Virus record (IMG/VR): IMGVR_UViG_3300035663_000003
Span: 1-64,000 of that record
From: a virus
DNA: 64,000 bases
Reading direction: 5' to 3' (one strand)
The notes under the pieces are model-generated. The model searched no databases and had not been told where the DNA came from. It worked only from the letters and a program-made list of their open reading frames with translations. This document shows positions 10,450-19,164 of the stretch, piece by piece. Each line of letters starts with the position of its first letter. Within the stretch, counting starts at the first letter, position 1. The position numbers and the translations under genes are program-made.

Positions 10450-12753
10450 ATGGCTAAGAAAAATATTATGACAGGTATTGGCATTAATATGGCATCTATT
10501 TCTACAGATAGTGCTTTTAAATTAGGAGAAAATTATTGCGTAGATGTAGATAAAGAATGCAAAGACTTAAGTGCAATAACTGATCTTCCTGTTTATGATC
10601 GCGGATCTCCTGGAGCTTCTAAAGTAGATGCAGAAATTATTGATAAAAAATTTTTACTTACACCCGAATGGATGAAAAAAAATAACCCAGAAGAAAGTTT
10701 ATATTTTAAAAGACTTGTTGATTGGATTTATACTTATAATAATGTTTATGCGTATGGAAGTCTTTATGCAGAATCGTACTTTCCAGAATCTTCAGATCAA
10801 GCATCTAGAGAAGGTTGGGATCATTTTGGAAATAAAACAACTTTAGATTATGTTCCGGTAGAAGATCCCGCTTTAGAAATAACTACAGAACAAGAAGATT
10901 TATTAATAGGTTATCGAAATCAAATTTATAACTTTTTATTTGAATGTAATCAATACAACTACAACCTTGAATGGAGCCTTGTAAACGCTTCTGGTGGTTG
11001 CATTATAAATCCTAACGGGTATTTTTCTCTTTCTGAAACAGGAGAAAAATCAGTTAGCTACTCTTTTACTGTGCAAGTTTACAACCCCGACACCGAAGAA
11101 ACTGCAACCAAAGATTTTGTTTTAACAACAGCTCATCCTTCGTTTGTTCAAGAACCCTTAAATATGCCTTTACAATTAACAGGCCCTTCTACAGTTACTA
11201 TTAAACCTCACCGAACTTTTAAAGCAGTATTTCAAGCAACAGGCGGGATTCCACCCTATCGTTTTGCAATTAACAGCCCATTACCAACTCAGTGGCCTTT
11301 TCAAAATAACACTCGTTACACACTACATGGAAAAGATAAAACAGGTAAATTACAATTTTATCCTAGTGTTAGTAGTCTTTATGAAGAAGATTTTAATAAA
11401 GACAATGTAGGTTTATTTGTTTTAGGAAAACAAATAGTGTTTGAAAAAATTCCGTTTAAAGCTAACCCTAATGAAACAACTCCACCACCTAATCCTTTAG
11501 TAGAACTTGCAGCATTACCTGGCGGTCTTTCTTTTAATACTCCTTATTATCTTATTCCTATTATGAACAATAACGAATGGACAGGGTGGATAAAATTTGC
11601 AACATCATATCAAAATGCTATAAATGGAAATGCAATTTCATTTACTGGACCTGGTGCTGGTGCAGCGTCACAAACTTTTTATTACTACTTTCCATCAACC
11701 CCTGACTTTACTTACACAGGAACAAGAGCTGGTGCTAATTATAAAAAGACTGTTAATCGTTATGTAGATAGCGTAGCAATTAACATAGCTATTCCACCTC
11801 TTCCTAAACAATGGGGTCACGCAAATCGTTATGATACACATTCAAATTTAGAAGAAGATGATCCTTGGATTCAAACTTATTCTTCTCATCCTATAAGTCC
11901 TAATGGTAGTAGTCATCATTATAAAAGAATAGCTTATACATATGATGCAGAAACAGAAGAGTATACATGGGATGGAGATACAGATATTTACGCTTGGATT
12001 TCAGACGACCCCGAAGATGTAACAGAACCTCCTTTTTTAGATTACACATACTCTAATCGTTTTTTAGGTCAATGTATTAAAGCATTGGGATTTGAAGAAT
12101 ACTCTAGCACAGTATTACCTTTTGATCCTTGGCGATATGAAAGCCTATCTAAAACAGCAACTAATTATTTTGACGTAACTGTAATAGATGATGAAAACGA
12201 AAGTTACACAATGCGTGTAACTGTTGAAGAGCCAGATTACGATTTTTCAGAAACGTGTGGAGTACCTTACTGGAAAGCACAAATTAATTATTATACTTGC
12301 AAAACTCCTACTCCCATGACAACTGAACCTAGAACAGAAGGAAAAATAATAACTTTTGATTCTGATCCTAACTCAGAAACATACGGTAAAACAGTAGTAA
12401 AAGACTATGATCCAGATTATGATCATGATGATCCAAATCAAGGTTATAACGCTTTGTTATCAGAAACAGTTCCAGTTTTAGATGACGTTGAAAAATTTAC
12501 ATTTGAAATGAATCATTATTTTCCCGCGTCAAGATTTGTAGAATATAAATCTTTTACTAAATACAGTCTTACTAATGAAAGCACGTATTGGCCTTACGAA
12601 AAATTTACGCTTCCTTTAAATAAAATACCTTTTGCTGAAATGTCTATTCATCCAATTTATTACTTTGATAATCAAGGATATTATTACGGAGACTATTATT
12701 ACAACTACTGGTATTCCACTTACTATAACATTTACAATTTTAGGAAAACATAA
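10450..12753 (+). CDS. Large putative structural protein with Ig-like segment and Tyr-rich C-terminus
   Basis: FQATGGIPPYRFAI (Ig-like repeat signature). Ends GYYYGDYYYNYWYSTYYNIYNF. Confidence 0.55.
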   Translation: MAKKNIMTGIGINMASISTDSAFKLGENYCVDVDKECKDLSAITDLPVYDRGSPGASKVDAEIIDKKFLLTPEWMKKNNPEESLYFKRLVDWIYTYNNVYAYGSLYAESYFPESSDQASREGWDHFGNKTTLDYVPVEDPALEITTEQEDLLIGYRNQIYNFLFECNQYNYNLEWSLVNASGGCIINPNGYFSLSETGEKSVSYSFTVQVYNPDTEETATKDFVLTTAHPSFVQEPLNMPLQLTGPSTVTIKPHRTFKAVFQATGGIPPYRFAINSPLPTQWPFQNNTRYTLHGKDKTGKLQFYPSVSSLYEEDFNKDNVGLFVLGKQIVFEKIPFKANPNETTPPPNPLVELAALPGGLSFNTPYYLIPIMNNNEWTGWIKFATSYQNAINGNAISFTGPGAGAASQTFYYYFPSTPDFTYTGTRAGANYKKTVNRYVDSVAINIAIPPLPKQWGHANRYDTHSNLEEDDPWIQTYSSHPISPNGSSHHYKRIAYTYDAETEEYTWDGDTDIYAWISDDPEDVTEPPFLDYTYSNRFLGQCIKALGFEEYSSTVLPFDPWRYESLSKTATNYFDVTVIDDENESYTMRVTVEEPDYDFSETCGVPYWKAQINYYTCKTPTPMTTEPRTEGKIITFDSDPNSETYGKTVVKDYDPDYDHDDPNQGYNALLSETVPVLDDVEKFTFEMNHYFPASRFVEYKSFTKYSLTNESTYWPYEKFTLPLNKIPFAEMSIHPIYYFDNQGYYYGDYYYNYWYSTYYNIYNFRKT

Positions 12754-13634
12754 TGCCAGCTATAGTAACAAATATTAGTTATGGACAATGGAATCAAGGC
12801 GGTGCTGATGAATATGAAACAGGAGCTGCTGCTGCTTGTTTAACTAAAGTGTTTTATATTTCTGGTTTTACTGTAACTAAACGAAAAACCGGAATAAGAG
12901 CTCAAGGTGGAACCGCTCTTAAAAACATGGCTGCACCTTGCACCACTACAGCTACATTGGCAATGAGTGTTATATTTAAAGGTGAAAGCGATCTTTGGCC
13001 AGAACTATTTAATAAACGTTATACAGTACCAGTATCTGCGTATACAGGTTCATATAATTACGGTACTGGTGCAGCTCTTAAAACTTACACTTTTTATAAA
13101 CCAACTACATCTATTACATACTTTAGTCCTACAAGAAAATTTTATTTTACCTTAAGTAACATAGGTGTATGTATTCCAAAAGAGTTTTTTGATATTCCAA
13201 TAGATCTTCCGTTACCTACAGAAGCTGTACCTACTCCTTCACAAAAAACATATTTTGATGCTCCTCATGTTAATTCTGAAAACTTACAATATTTAATTGC
13301 TACAAAAAAAACACCTACATCATTTTATTTTAAAAGCTTTGAGTGGAGTAGCGGTTATTCTTATTGTTATAATTCTTTGTCTCAAACTATAACATCTTAT
13401 CAAGACCCTTTTTATTACATAGGAAAAGAAAAAACTACTGCTCTTCAAGAACACTTTGACGATGATTGTTTAGGAATTGTTCCTAACTTTAGTTTTTTAG
13501 CTTCTGATTATTGTTACGAAATAGAAGATGGAAATCTTTACTTTCGAGAAATGACACTAGTACCTTCTGATCCTGAATTATCTGACATAATGGGGATAGA
13601 AAGTATTACATGTAAACTTACTAATTCGTTATAA
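12753..13634 (+). CDS. Hypothetical protein (putative structural)
   Basis: 293-aa ORF, TAATG-coupled to the preceding gene. Confidence 0.6.
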   Translation: MPAIVTNISYGQWNQGGADEYETGAAAACLTKVFYISGFTVTKRKTGIRAQGGTALKNMAAPCTTTATLAMSVIFKGESDLWPELFNKRYTVPVSAYTGSYNYGTGAALKTYTFYKPTTSITYFSPTRKFYFTLSNIGVCIPKEFFDIPIDLPLPTEAVPTPSQKTYFDAPHVNSENLQYLIATKKTPTSFYFKSFEWSSGYSYCYNSLSQTITSYQDPFYYIGKEKTTALQEHFDDDCLGIVPNFSFLASDYCYEIEDGNLYFREMTLVPSDPELSDIMGIESITCKLTNSL

Positions 13635-13638
13635 TATT

Positions 13639-14001
13639 ATGATTATGAATCAACGACCTTGTAATTGTAACCGTGTAACTACCGGAAAGTTTTACAAAAG
13701 TGTAGACTGCCGTATGTGTTGGCTATACTACTACTCTCCGCGTCATGCAGAACTTTGGAACAAAGAGTCAGGACAAGTTCCTCAAAACACTAATCTACCT
13801 TTACCTACAAATAACCCACGCTCTTTGCCTTGTATAAGTTTAGGGCCTGTTAAACAACGTGCTTCTTGTAACTGCCCTTTAAAATTTATACATTCTTGCG
13901 AAAAACACGGACAAGCGGTACGAGGTCAATACGCTCCTTTAAATGTTATGTCTTGTGTAACTTGCCCTGATTACAAAGCTGATTCCCCTTTTGTAGAGTA
14001 A
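13639..14001 (+). CDS. Small Cys-rich protein
   Basis: CNC, CRMC, CNC, C..H and CVTC motifs in 120 aa. Confidence 0.6.
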   Translation: MIMNQRPCNCNRVTTGKFYKSVDCRMCWLYYYSPRHAELWNKESGQVPQNTNLPLPTNNPRSLPCISLGPVKQRASCNCPLKFIHSCEKHGQAVRGQYAPLNVMSCVTCPDYKADSPFVE

Positions 14002-14004
14002 CTA

Positions 14005-14730
14005 ATGAATACTGGGGTAGTTATAGGATGTTTTAATTACCCTAAGTTGATTGAATTACAGATCAATCTAATCCGTTTTCACAATGGGCCTGTTCCTATA
14101 TTTATAAGTGACGATTGCTCTTCTAGATCAAAAACTTGCACTTATTATAATGATTTAATGCAGTTAGCAACTAAGTATACTGACGTAACAGTATGGTCAA
14201 ACCCTCAACGGTTAGGCCATGCAGGGGGAGACTTAGTAGCGTTTCACTTAGGTATTCAATGGGCATACTTTAGAAAACTGCCGTACTTAATTAAACTATC
14301 TCAACGTATGTGCGTAGACATTCACAATTGGATTAACCCGTGTATATCGGGAATGATTCAAAGTAAGTTAAAAACTTCTTCATATGCTTGTACTGAAGGT
14401 TTAACTACTTTTCCAATTCGAACAGAATTTGTTCTTATGGACACTAAAGCATGGTATCACCCAAACATATTAAACGAATTTCGTATGCAATCCACTCAAG
14501 GACATGCTGCGGAAATGATAATTTGGAACGTTATTGAAAAATATTTTAATGGTAAAATGGCTAATTTGCCAATTCTTAAAGAAGATCGTTTGTATCCATA
14601 TCCTGGCATAATATGGCATTGTTCTCACAGCATAGACAATTACAAAGCTCTTGCTAGCAGATTTGATCTTCAATTAGACAAAGGCTTTACTTGCCAAGGA
14701 TGGCACATAGATCCTGACTATAAAAACTAG
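14005..14730 (+). CDS. Glycosyltransferase-like protein (GT-A/GT2-like N-terminus)
   Basis: VVIGCFNYPKLIE....IFISDDCS and N..RLGH..G resemble the GT2 N-terminal pattern. Confidence 0.55.
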   Translation: MNTGVVIGCFNYPKLIELQINLIRFHNGPVPIFISDDCSSRSKTCTYYNDLMQLATKYTDVTVWSNPQRLGHAGGDLVAFHLGIQWAYFRKLPYLIKLSQRMCVDIHNWINPCISGMIQSKLKTSSYACTEGLTTFPIRTEFVLMDTKAWYHPNILNEFRMQSTQGHAAEMIIWNVIEKYFNGKMANLPILKEDRLYPYPGIIWHCSHSIDNYKALASRFDLQLDKGFTCQGWHIDPDYKN

Positions 14731-14737
14731 CTTGAGC

Positions 14738-14766
14738 TTGAATTACAGCACTTTTTAATTTAAACT
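14738..14766 (+). promoter_or_regulatory. sigma70-like promoter
   Basis: TTGAAT-17 bp-TAAACT upstream of the membrane/peptidase module. Confidence 0.45.
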
Positions 14767-14799
14767 ATAAGTATAGACAATATCTTAAGGAATCCTCAA

Positions 14800-14940
14800 A
14801 TGGAACTTATTGATTCCGTATTTACTCCTGTCACTATGATAGTAGATCTAATCTACTGGCGAGGCTTTCGTGATGGGGCAATGATTATAGGCGGTGGTAT
14901 GGTTCTTTATTTACTTGCCACTTCTAACCGAGGACGGTAA
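14800..14940 (+). CDS. Small membrane protein (46 aa, not in ORF track)
   Basis: AAGGA RBS. MELIDSVFTPVTMIVDLIYWRGFRDGAMIIGGGMVLYLLATSNRGR. TAATG overlap with the next gene. Confidence 0.6.
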   Translation: MELIDSVFTPVTMIVDLIYWRGFRDGAMIIGGGMVLYLLATSNRGR

Positions 14941-15719
14941 TGAATAACATCTCGAACCTAAAAACAATGCTTGAGTTTATTCTTGTAGTTGTTTCCATCT
15001 TATTTCTTGGAAGTTCTTTTTTTCCTAAGCAAGAACCTAATAAAAGCTCTAACCCTATACTTAGACCAATACTACCAGCAAAACCAGATGCTAAACCTAA
15101 ACCTATTTTACCTTGGCGAAAAGAACAGGTAGATCCATTTGAGACTATAAGCTTAGGTGGAAAAATTGCTCCTGACAATAAAACTGAAATACAAATTGAC
15201 TTCCCTCTTAGCGAACACATTACCAACATTGGTTCTAAAAAAGACGGAGCGGGAATGTGTGTAATGAGTAGCATCGAAATGGCAGCACGGTGGTCAAACT
15301 TAGAATCTATGCGAGGGCTACGAGACTGGTGTGCCAAAGAGCCAGGAGGTGGCTGGCCCGAAAAAGTAGACAAGCAACTAGCAAAGTATGTCAAAGAGTT
15401 TCAAGTTACTCCCAAACCAAACTATATTCAGTACGAAGGCAAAGACCCTCAGATATTAAAGACCGCCCTCGACACTGGGAGGTTTCCTGCAATCACTTAC
15501 TCGGGTAGAGATAAAGTACGCTACTCCGGTTCCATAGCTCATATGGTTTGTCTTGCTCATCTTGACGACAACTACGCAGCTATTTGGGATAACAACGGAA
15601 AGCCTGGCGAGCTAATTTGGATGAACACCAAAGAGTTTATGGACAGATGGACAGACGGATCTTCCGGATGGACTTTCATCTGGATATCACCACCACCACC
15701 ACCCTTGCCTACTAGATAG
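14940..15719 (+). CDS. Membrane-anchored papain-like (C39-like) cysteine peptidase
   Basis: N-terminal TM helix and Pro-rich linker. Putative triad GMCVMSS / AHMV / IWDNN. Confidence 0.6.
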   Translation: MNNISNLKTMLEFILVVVSILFLGSSFFPKQEPNKSSNPILRPILPAKPDAKPKPILPWRKEQVDPFETISLGGKIAPDNKTEIQIDFPLSEHITNIGSKKDGAGMCVMSSIEMAARWSNLESMRGLRDWCAKEPGGGWPEKVDKQLAKYVKEFQVTPKPNYIQYEGKDPQILKTALDTGRFPAITYSGRDKVRYSGSIAHMVCLAHLDDNYAAIWDNNGKPGELIWMNTKEFMDRWTDGSSGWTFIWISPPPPPLPTR

Positions 15720-15728
15720 GAAACCACT

Positions 15729-16571
15729 ATGTACCCAACGATATTACTTATTGCTTTTGGCTTAATAGGGGAAGCTCCTGACACAAAGGGGGAAGCTACT
15801 AATATAAAGGGGGGAGTTCCTTCTGTATGGGGGGGAGTTTCCTGTCCCTCAGTTGAGTGGACTCAAGTTAGTAGTGACAAAACTCAAATAGCTCTTATTG
15901 TAAACGGCAAGCAAGTAGGCAACTACCACACTGACCTTAATGAATATCATCCCTACGACCCAGTAACGGACACTTTCAAGGGTGGGGAAAATACCCCACC
16001 CCATCCTCTACCTGCAAATCTTCAACCCCGCAAGCCAGAGATTATGAACTTTGGTGTAGACCGTTCCCATATAGGTAAAGAGCGGTATGTTATCAACGGA
16101 CTTAACGCTACCGAAGCAGAAGCTTTGCAAGCTCTAGCAGACAAAAGCCTTCCTAATGACAAGCACTTGTTACGACTTACAATTATTGGGCCAGCAGACC
16201 TACGCAAGAAAGTACGGTCTGACTTAGAGAACAATCCATTACTCTCTGGGTTATCAGAGAAATACCTTATTCAAGATTATGAACCTAGCAACTGGGCAGT
16301 AAAAGCAGGGTTCTATACAGAAGGTTCTCCTACCATCTACTTACAATCCCCAACGGGAAAAGTATTACACCGACAAGATGACTACGAAGATGGTGCTGCT
16401 GGGCTTGCAACTGCTCTTAGAAAAGCAGATCCCAACTACACCCCTGCACAAGATATAGACAGAAGAAAAACTATTGCACTGCCCGTATTCTCTGAGTACA
16501 TACCCGCACTACTGTTGTTTCTATTGGCGGTGGTATTATTTTTAACTCCCTCAAATAAACAAGGAAACTAA
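15729..16571 (+). CDS. Exported protein with signal peptide and C-terminal TM anchor
   Basis: Hydrophobic N-terminus, a thioredoxin-like PTIYLQSPTGKVLHR segment, and C-terminal LLLFLLAVVLFL. Confidence 0.55.
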   Translation: MYPTILLIAFGLIGEAPDTKGEATNIKGGVPSVWGGVSCPSVEWTQVSSDKTQIALIVNGKQVGNYHTDLNEYHPYDPVTDTFKGGENTPPHPLPANLQPRKPEIMNFGVDRSHIGKERYVINGLNATEAEALQALADKSLPNDKHLLRLTIIGPADLRKKVRSDLENNPLLSGLSEKYLIQDYEPSNWAVKAGFYTEGSPTIYLQSPTGKVLHRQDDYEDGAAGLATALRKADPNYTPAQDIDRRKTIALPVFSEYIPALLLFLLAVVLFLTPSNKQGN

Positions 16572-16573
16572 TT

Positions 16574-16849
16574 ATGTTTGACATGGCTCAACTTGCATAC
16601 GCTGGTGCTGGATTTGTTTTAGGCTGGATAGCTTACAGCAAGTTTGGCGATAAGATTAAAAAACAATCTTCACCTTTAACTCCATCGGTAGAAGCAGTAG
16701 TAGTACCCGTAGATGTTGTTCCTGTTCCCCAAGAACCAAAGGATCACTACGATGCGATACTCGAAATGGTCACTGCGGAGAATCGAAAGAAGGAGAAGCT
16801 ATCTCAAATCCTTAATGCTCTTAACACCCCAACCGAAAAGAAAGGATAG
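16574..16849 (+). CDS. Small single-TM protein
   Basis: N-terminal TM LAYAGAGFVLGWIAY. AAGGA RBS. Confidence 0.6.
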   Translation: MFDMAQLAYAGAGFVLGWIAYSKFGDKIKKQSSPLTPSVEAVVVPVDVVPVPQEPKDHYDAILEMVTAENRKKEKLSQILNALNTPTEKKG

Positions 16850-16853
16850 TATT

Positions 16854-17024
16854 ATGGAAATGCTTAATGGATACAAAACGTATTTAGCAGCAGCAGGTCT
16901 TATAGGTCTTGCTCTTTACCAATTTTCTGAAGGTCATGTAGAACTAGCGTTTCAATCCCTCATGGGCGCACTAGCTGCGTTTGGTTTAAGGCAGGCTATC
17001 AATGGATCGCAAGGCAAAGCGTAG
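16854..17024 (+). CDS. Holin-like two-TM protein
   Basis: MEMLNGYKTYLAAAGLIGLALYQ...LMGALAAFGLRQAI. The GYKTY start and two TMs are typical of small phage holin-like proteins. Confidence 0.55.
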   Translation: MEMLNGYKTYLAAAGLIGLALYQFSEGHVELAFQSLMGALAAFGLRQAINGSQGKA

Positions 17025-17583
17025 TAAAGAAATTTACACAGCAACTGTATTTATTAGCTCTGGAACTCAAGTTCAAGACTTGATGACTGGAGCTTTGTTT
17101 TTAATAGAAAAAGACACACACTTCTCAGCATGGTATCAAAAAGAAAAGATGCAATGGTTTTATTGGACCATTTTTTTTAAAGACCCTAAAGGAAGAGAAA
17201 CAGTAGCTAGAGTAAGAAGAGACAAAGCAACAATAAAGCCTGGTACTTTTAGATTATGTGCAAGAGATGTTATGCAAAAGAAAACAGCAAAGATAATTAA
17301 AGCTCATTCTTTTCAACACATGCGTACTCCCCCGCCACCACCAATAAATAAAAAACAACAACCAAAAGAAACTTGCCCTCAAGAATGGAAAAACATTTAT
17401 CAATCTTTATGCGAATTAGAACGCAACATGTACATTAAAAGACCGTGGACAGAGAACCGTAGGGTTAGTTATCAAGCGACTAGGAAACGGAAAGATGAAG
17501 AGAAGCGTATTGCACGGGAAGAAGCCAAAGATCTAAAAGCTAATCAAGTTCTGGAAGATGGAGAAATGCCTGAGCAAGCGTAA
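17002..17583 (+). CDS. Hypothetical basic protein
   Basis: 193-aa ORF whose 3' end overlaps the integrase 3' end convergently. Confidence 0.5.
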   Translation: MDRKAKRSKEIYTATVFISSGTQVQDLMTGALFLIEKDTHFSAWYQKEKMQWFYWTIFFKDPKGRETVARVRRDKATIKPGTFRLCARDVMQKKTAKIIKAHSFQHMRTPPPPPINKKQQPKETCPQEWKNIYQSLCELERNMYIKRPWTENRRVSYQATRKRKDEEKRIAREEAKDLKANQVLEDGEMPEQA

Positions 17584-18721
17584 CCTTGTTTGCTTTTACA
17601 TAATGATTCATAGTTGTCTGAGGGTTTGAATGCTCTGCCAATTCTTGAATAACTTTAAGGGGAACACCTGCATCATGCAGGATTGAAATGGCAGACGTTT
17701 TAAAAGAATGGATATCTAAGCTAGTACCATCAGGAAGGTTTTTTGGAATACCCGCAGCTTTCAAGTCCCTGTTAAATTGCGTAACTACCCACTTAGTAAT
17801 CGTAGTAAAAACAGTATCCTCTGCTTTTAGCTTCTTAGCTGCAATCCAACGTTGAAGCTCAATCACTAATCTAGGGTGCAAAACCTTGGTTACAGTTTTT
17901 TTGTTTTTAACTTGATCTCCTCTTAAAACAAGCTCTGGTGGATTCTTACGGAAGTTAAGCTGGCCTACGGTAACACTCCGAGAAGACTCTGCACGGGTTA
18001 AGGTGTAAAAAAGAAAGAGGTAAAACAAAGCTCTTTCTTCTCCTTGCTTACGTTCTTCTGCGTTTCTACCCCGAGTCTTTGCAGCCTGCACAATCGCTTT
18101 TAATTCTTCAGAGGTCATGTACCTCCGCACTTTCTTTTTTGCTCCACGAAACAGCTCTAGTTTTTTAAACAGATTTTTCTTCCAGTGCTTTTCAAGCTTC
18201 AACCATTTCCCAAACCGTATTAAAGCCCCGATGTAGAAGTTTTTGGTTCTGGCCGACAGGGGTTTTTGTTTTCGTCCTTTTTGGCGGGTAACTTTTTTTT
18301 GTAATTCTTCTTGAATTTTTGAAATATCTATGTCTTCAAGACGAATAACATATAGAGTCTCAAGCAACATCTCCCGCACTTTTGACATCTCATCAGTTAT
18401 TGTTTGAATTGCCAGTCCTTTGTTAATCAGTTTAGAATGATAACTTTTTAACAAGATATCCAGTTCAGTGTCAGACAGATCGCTTAGTCTTTTATCTTCT
18501 TTTTTTAATTCTTTAAGAAGATTCTTAAGAGCTTCTTCAGCTTGTGCTTTTGTAGTTATACCTTTCAAACAAACTCTTACTCGTTTTCCTTCTAAGGTTT
18601 TTAATACAGCGTAATAATCTTTAGAAGTTTCTAAAACTTTTTTTGCTTCTGGAGTACCAGAGTTAACTCGTTTATTACCTAAGAGGTAATAGACTCTTTG
18701 AATTCTTTCTACGTGGGCCAC
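17540..18721 (-). CDS. int: Tyrosine recombinase (phage integrase)
   Basis: Catalytic pattern R (YTLTRAE), K (VKNKK), HSFK, LAEHSN and MNHY. Adjacent to the tRNA-type attP. Confidence 0.92.
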   Translation of the reverse strand: MAHVERIQRVYYLLGNKRVNSGTPEAKKVLETSKDYYAVLKTLEGKRVRVCLKGITTKAQAEEALKNLLKELKKEDKRLSDLSDTELDILLKSYHSKLINKGLAIQTITDEMSKVREMLLETLYVIRLEDIDISKIQEELQKKVTRQKGRKQKPLSARTKNFYIGALIRFGKWLKLEKHWKKNLFKKLELFRGAKKKVRRYMTSEELKAIVQAAKTRGRNAEERKQGEERALFYLFLFYTLTRAESSRSVTVGQLNFRKNPPELVLRGDQVKNKKTVTKVLHPRLVIELQRWIAAKKLKAEDTVFTTITKWVVTQFNRDLKAAGIPKNLPDGTSLDIHSFKTSAISILHDAGVPLKVIQELAEHSNPQTTMNHYVKANKVTLAQAFLHLPELD

Positions 18722-18734
18722 GACTCTTCTCCTT

Positions 18735-18765
18735 TTAAATCTCTATTACCAATATAGAGATTTAA
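18735..18765. promoter_or_regulatory. Perfect 12-bp inverted repeat just upstream of the integrase RBS
   Basis: TTAAATCTCTAT-N7-ATAGAGATTTAA. Confidence 0.6.
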
Positions 18766-18766
18766 G

Positions 18767-18802
18767 TTTGCGTGGGCTTTTGCGTGGGCTTTTGCGTGGG
18801 CT
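18767..18802. repeat. Three tandem 12-bp repeats, putative integrase arm sites
   Basis: TTTGCGTGGGCT at 18767, 18779 and 18791. Confidence 0.8.
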
Positions 18803-19017
18803 AAATGTCCTTCATTTGTACTTTTTTGACGTTTTTTGCAGGCTAGAAAAGAAACAAAAAAACAAGTAAAACCTTAAAACAATAACAAGTTTCGATCTTA
18901 CTTGAGGAATACTTCTTACCGTAACCATTAAAATAACAGGGTTTTTATAGAGTAACCCAAGGAAATGATTTGGGTTTTAAGATAGACGGGTAGGATAAAA
19001 GAAGAAATGAGAGGAAG

Positions 19018-19062
19018 TGCCCCTGACTGGATTCGAACCAGTGACCGACGGATTAGAAATCC
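19018..19062 (-). other. attP: attP core = 3' half of tRNA-Arg(TCT)
   Basis: The minus strand reads GGA-TTTCTAA-TCCGT-CGGTC-ACTGG-TTCGAAT-CCAGT-CAGGGGC-A: anticodon loop (TCT), T-arm and acceptor 3' strand. There is no 5' half. Confidence 0.88.
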
Positions 19063-19116
19063 TAAAGCCAAATCAATAAACCCCTATAAAAATAGGGGTT
19101 TAAGATTTCAAAAGCC

Positions 19117-19140
19117 TTTGCGTGGGCTTTTGCGTGGGCT
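19117..19140. repeat. Two tandem 12-bp repeats, putative integrase arm sites
   Basis: TTTGCGTGGGCT at 19117 and 19129, same orientation as the left set. Confidence 0.8.
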
Positions 19141-19164
19141 AAAATCAAAAGAATTATCACGCTC

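Noticed and set aside
6478-12753. Diversity-generating retroelement target
   Set aside because: No reverse transcriptase and no template/variable repeat pair were seen in the window. This cannot be excluded for the rest of the genome.
19018-19062. Functional tRNA-Arg gene
   Set aside because: Only the 3' half is present, with no D-arm or 5' acceptor strand. Interpreted as the attP core.
18767-19140. CRISPR array from TTTGCGTGGGCT repeats
   Set aside because: The 12-bp units are directly tandem with no spacers. The Cas4-like gene is solitary.
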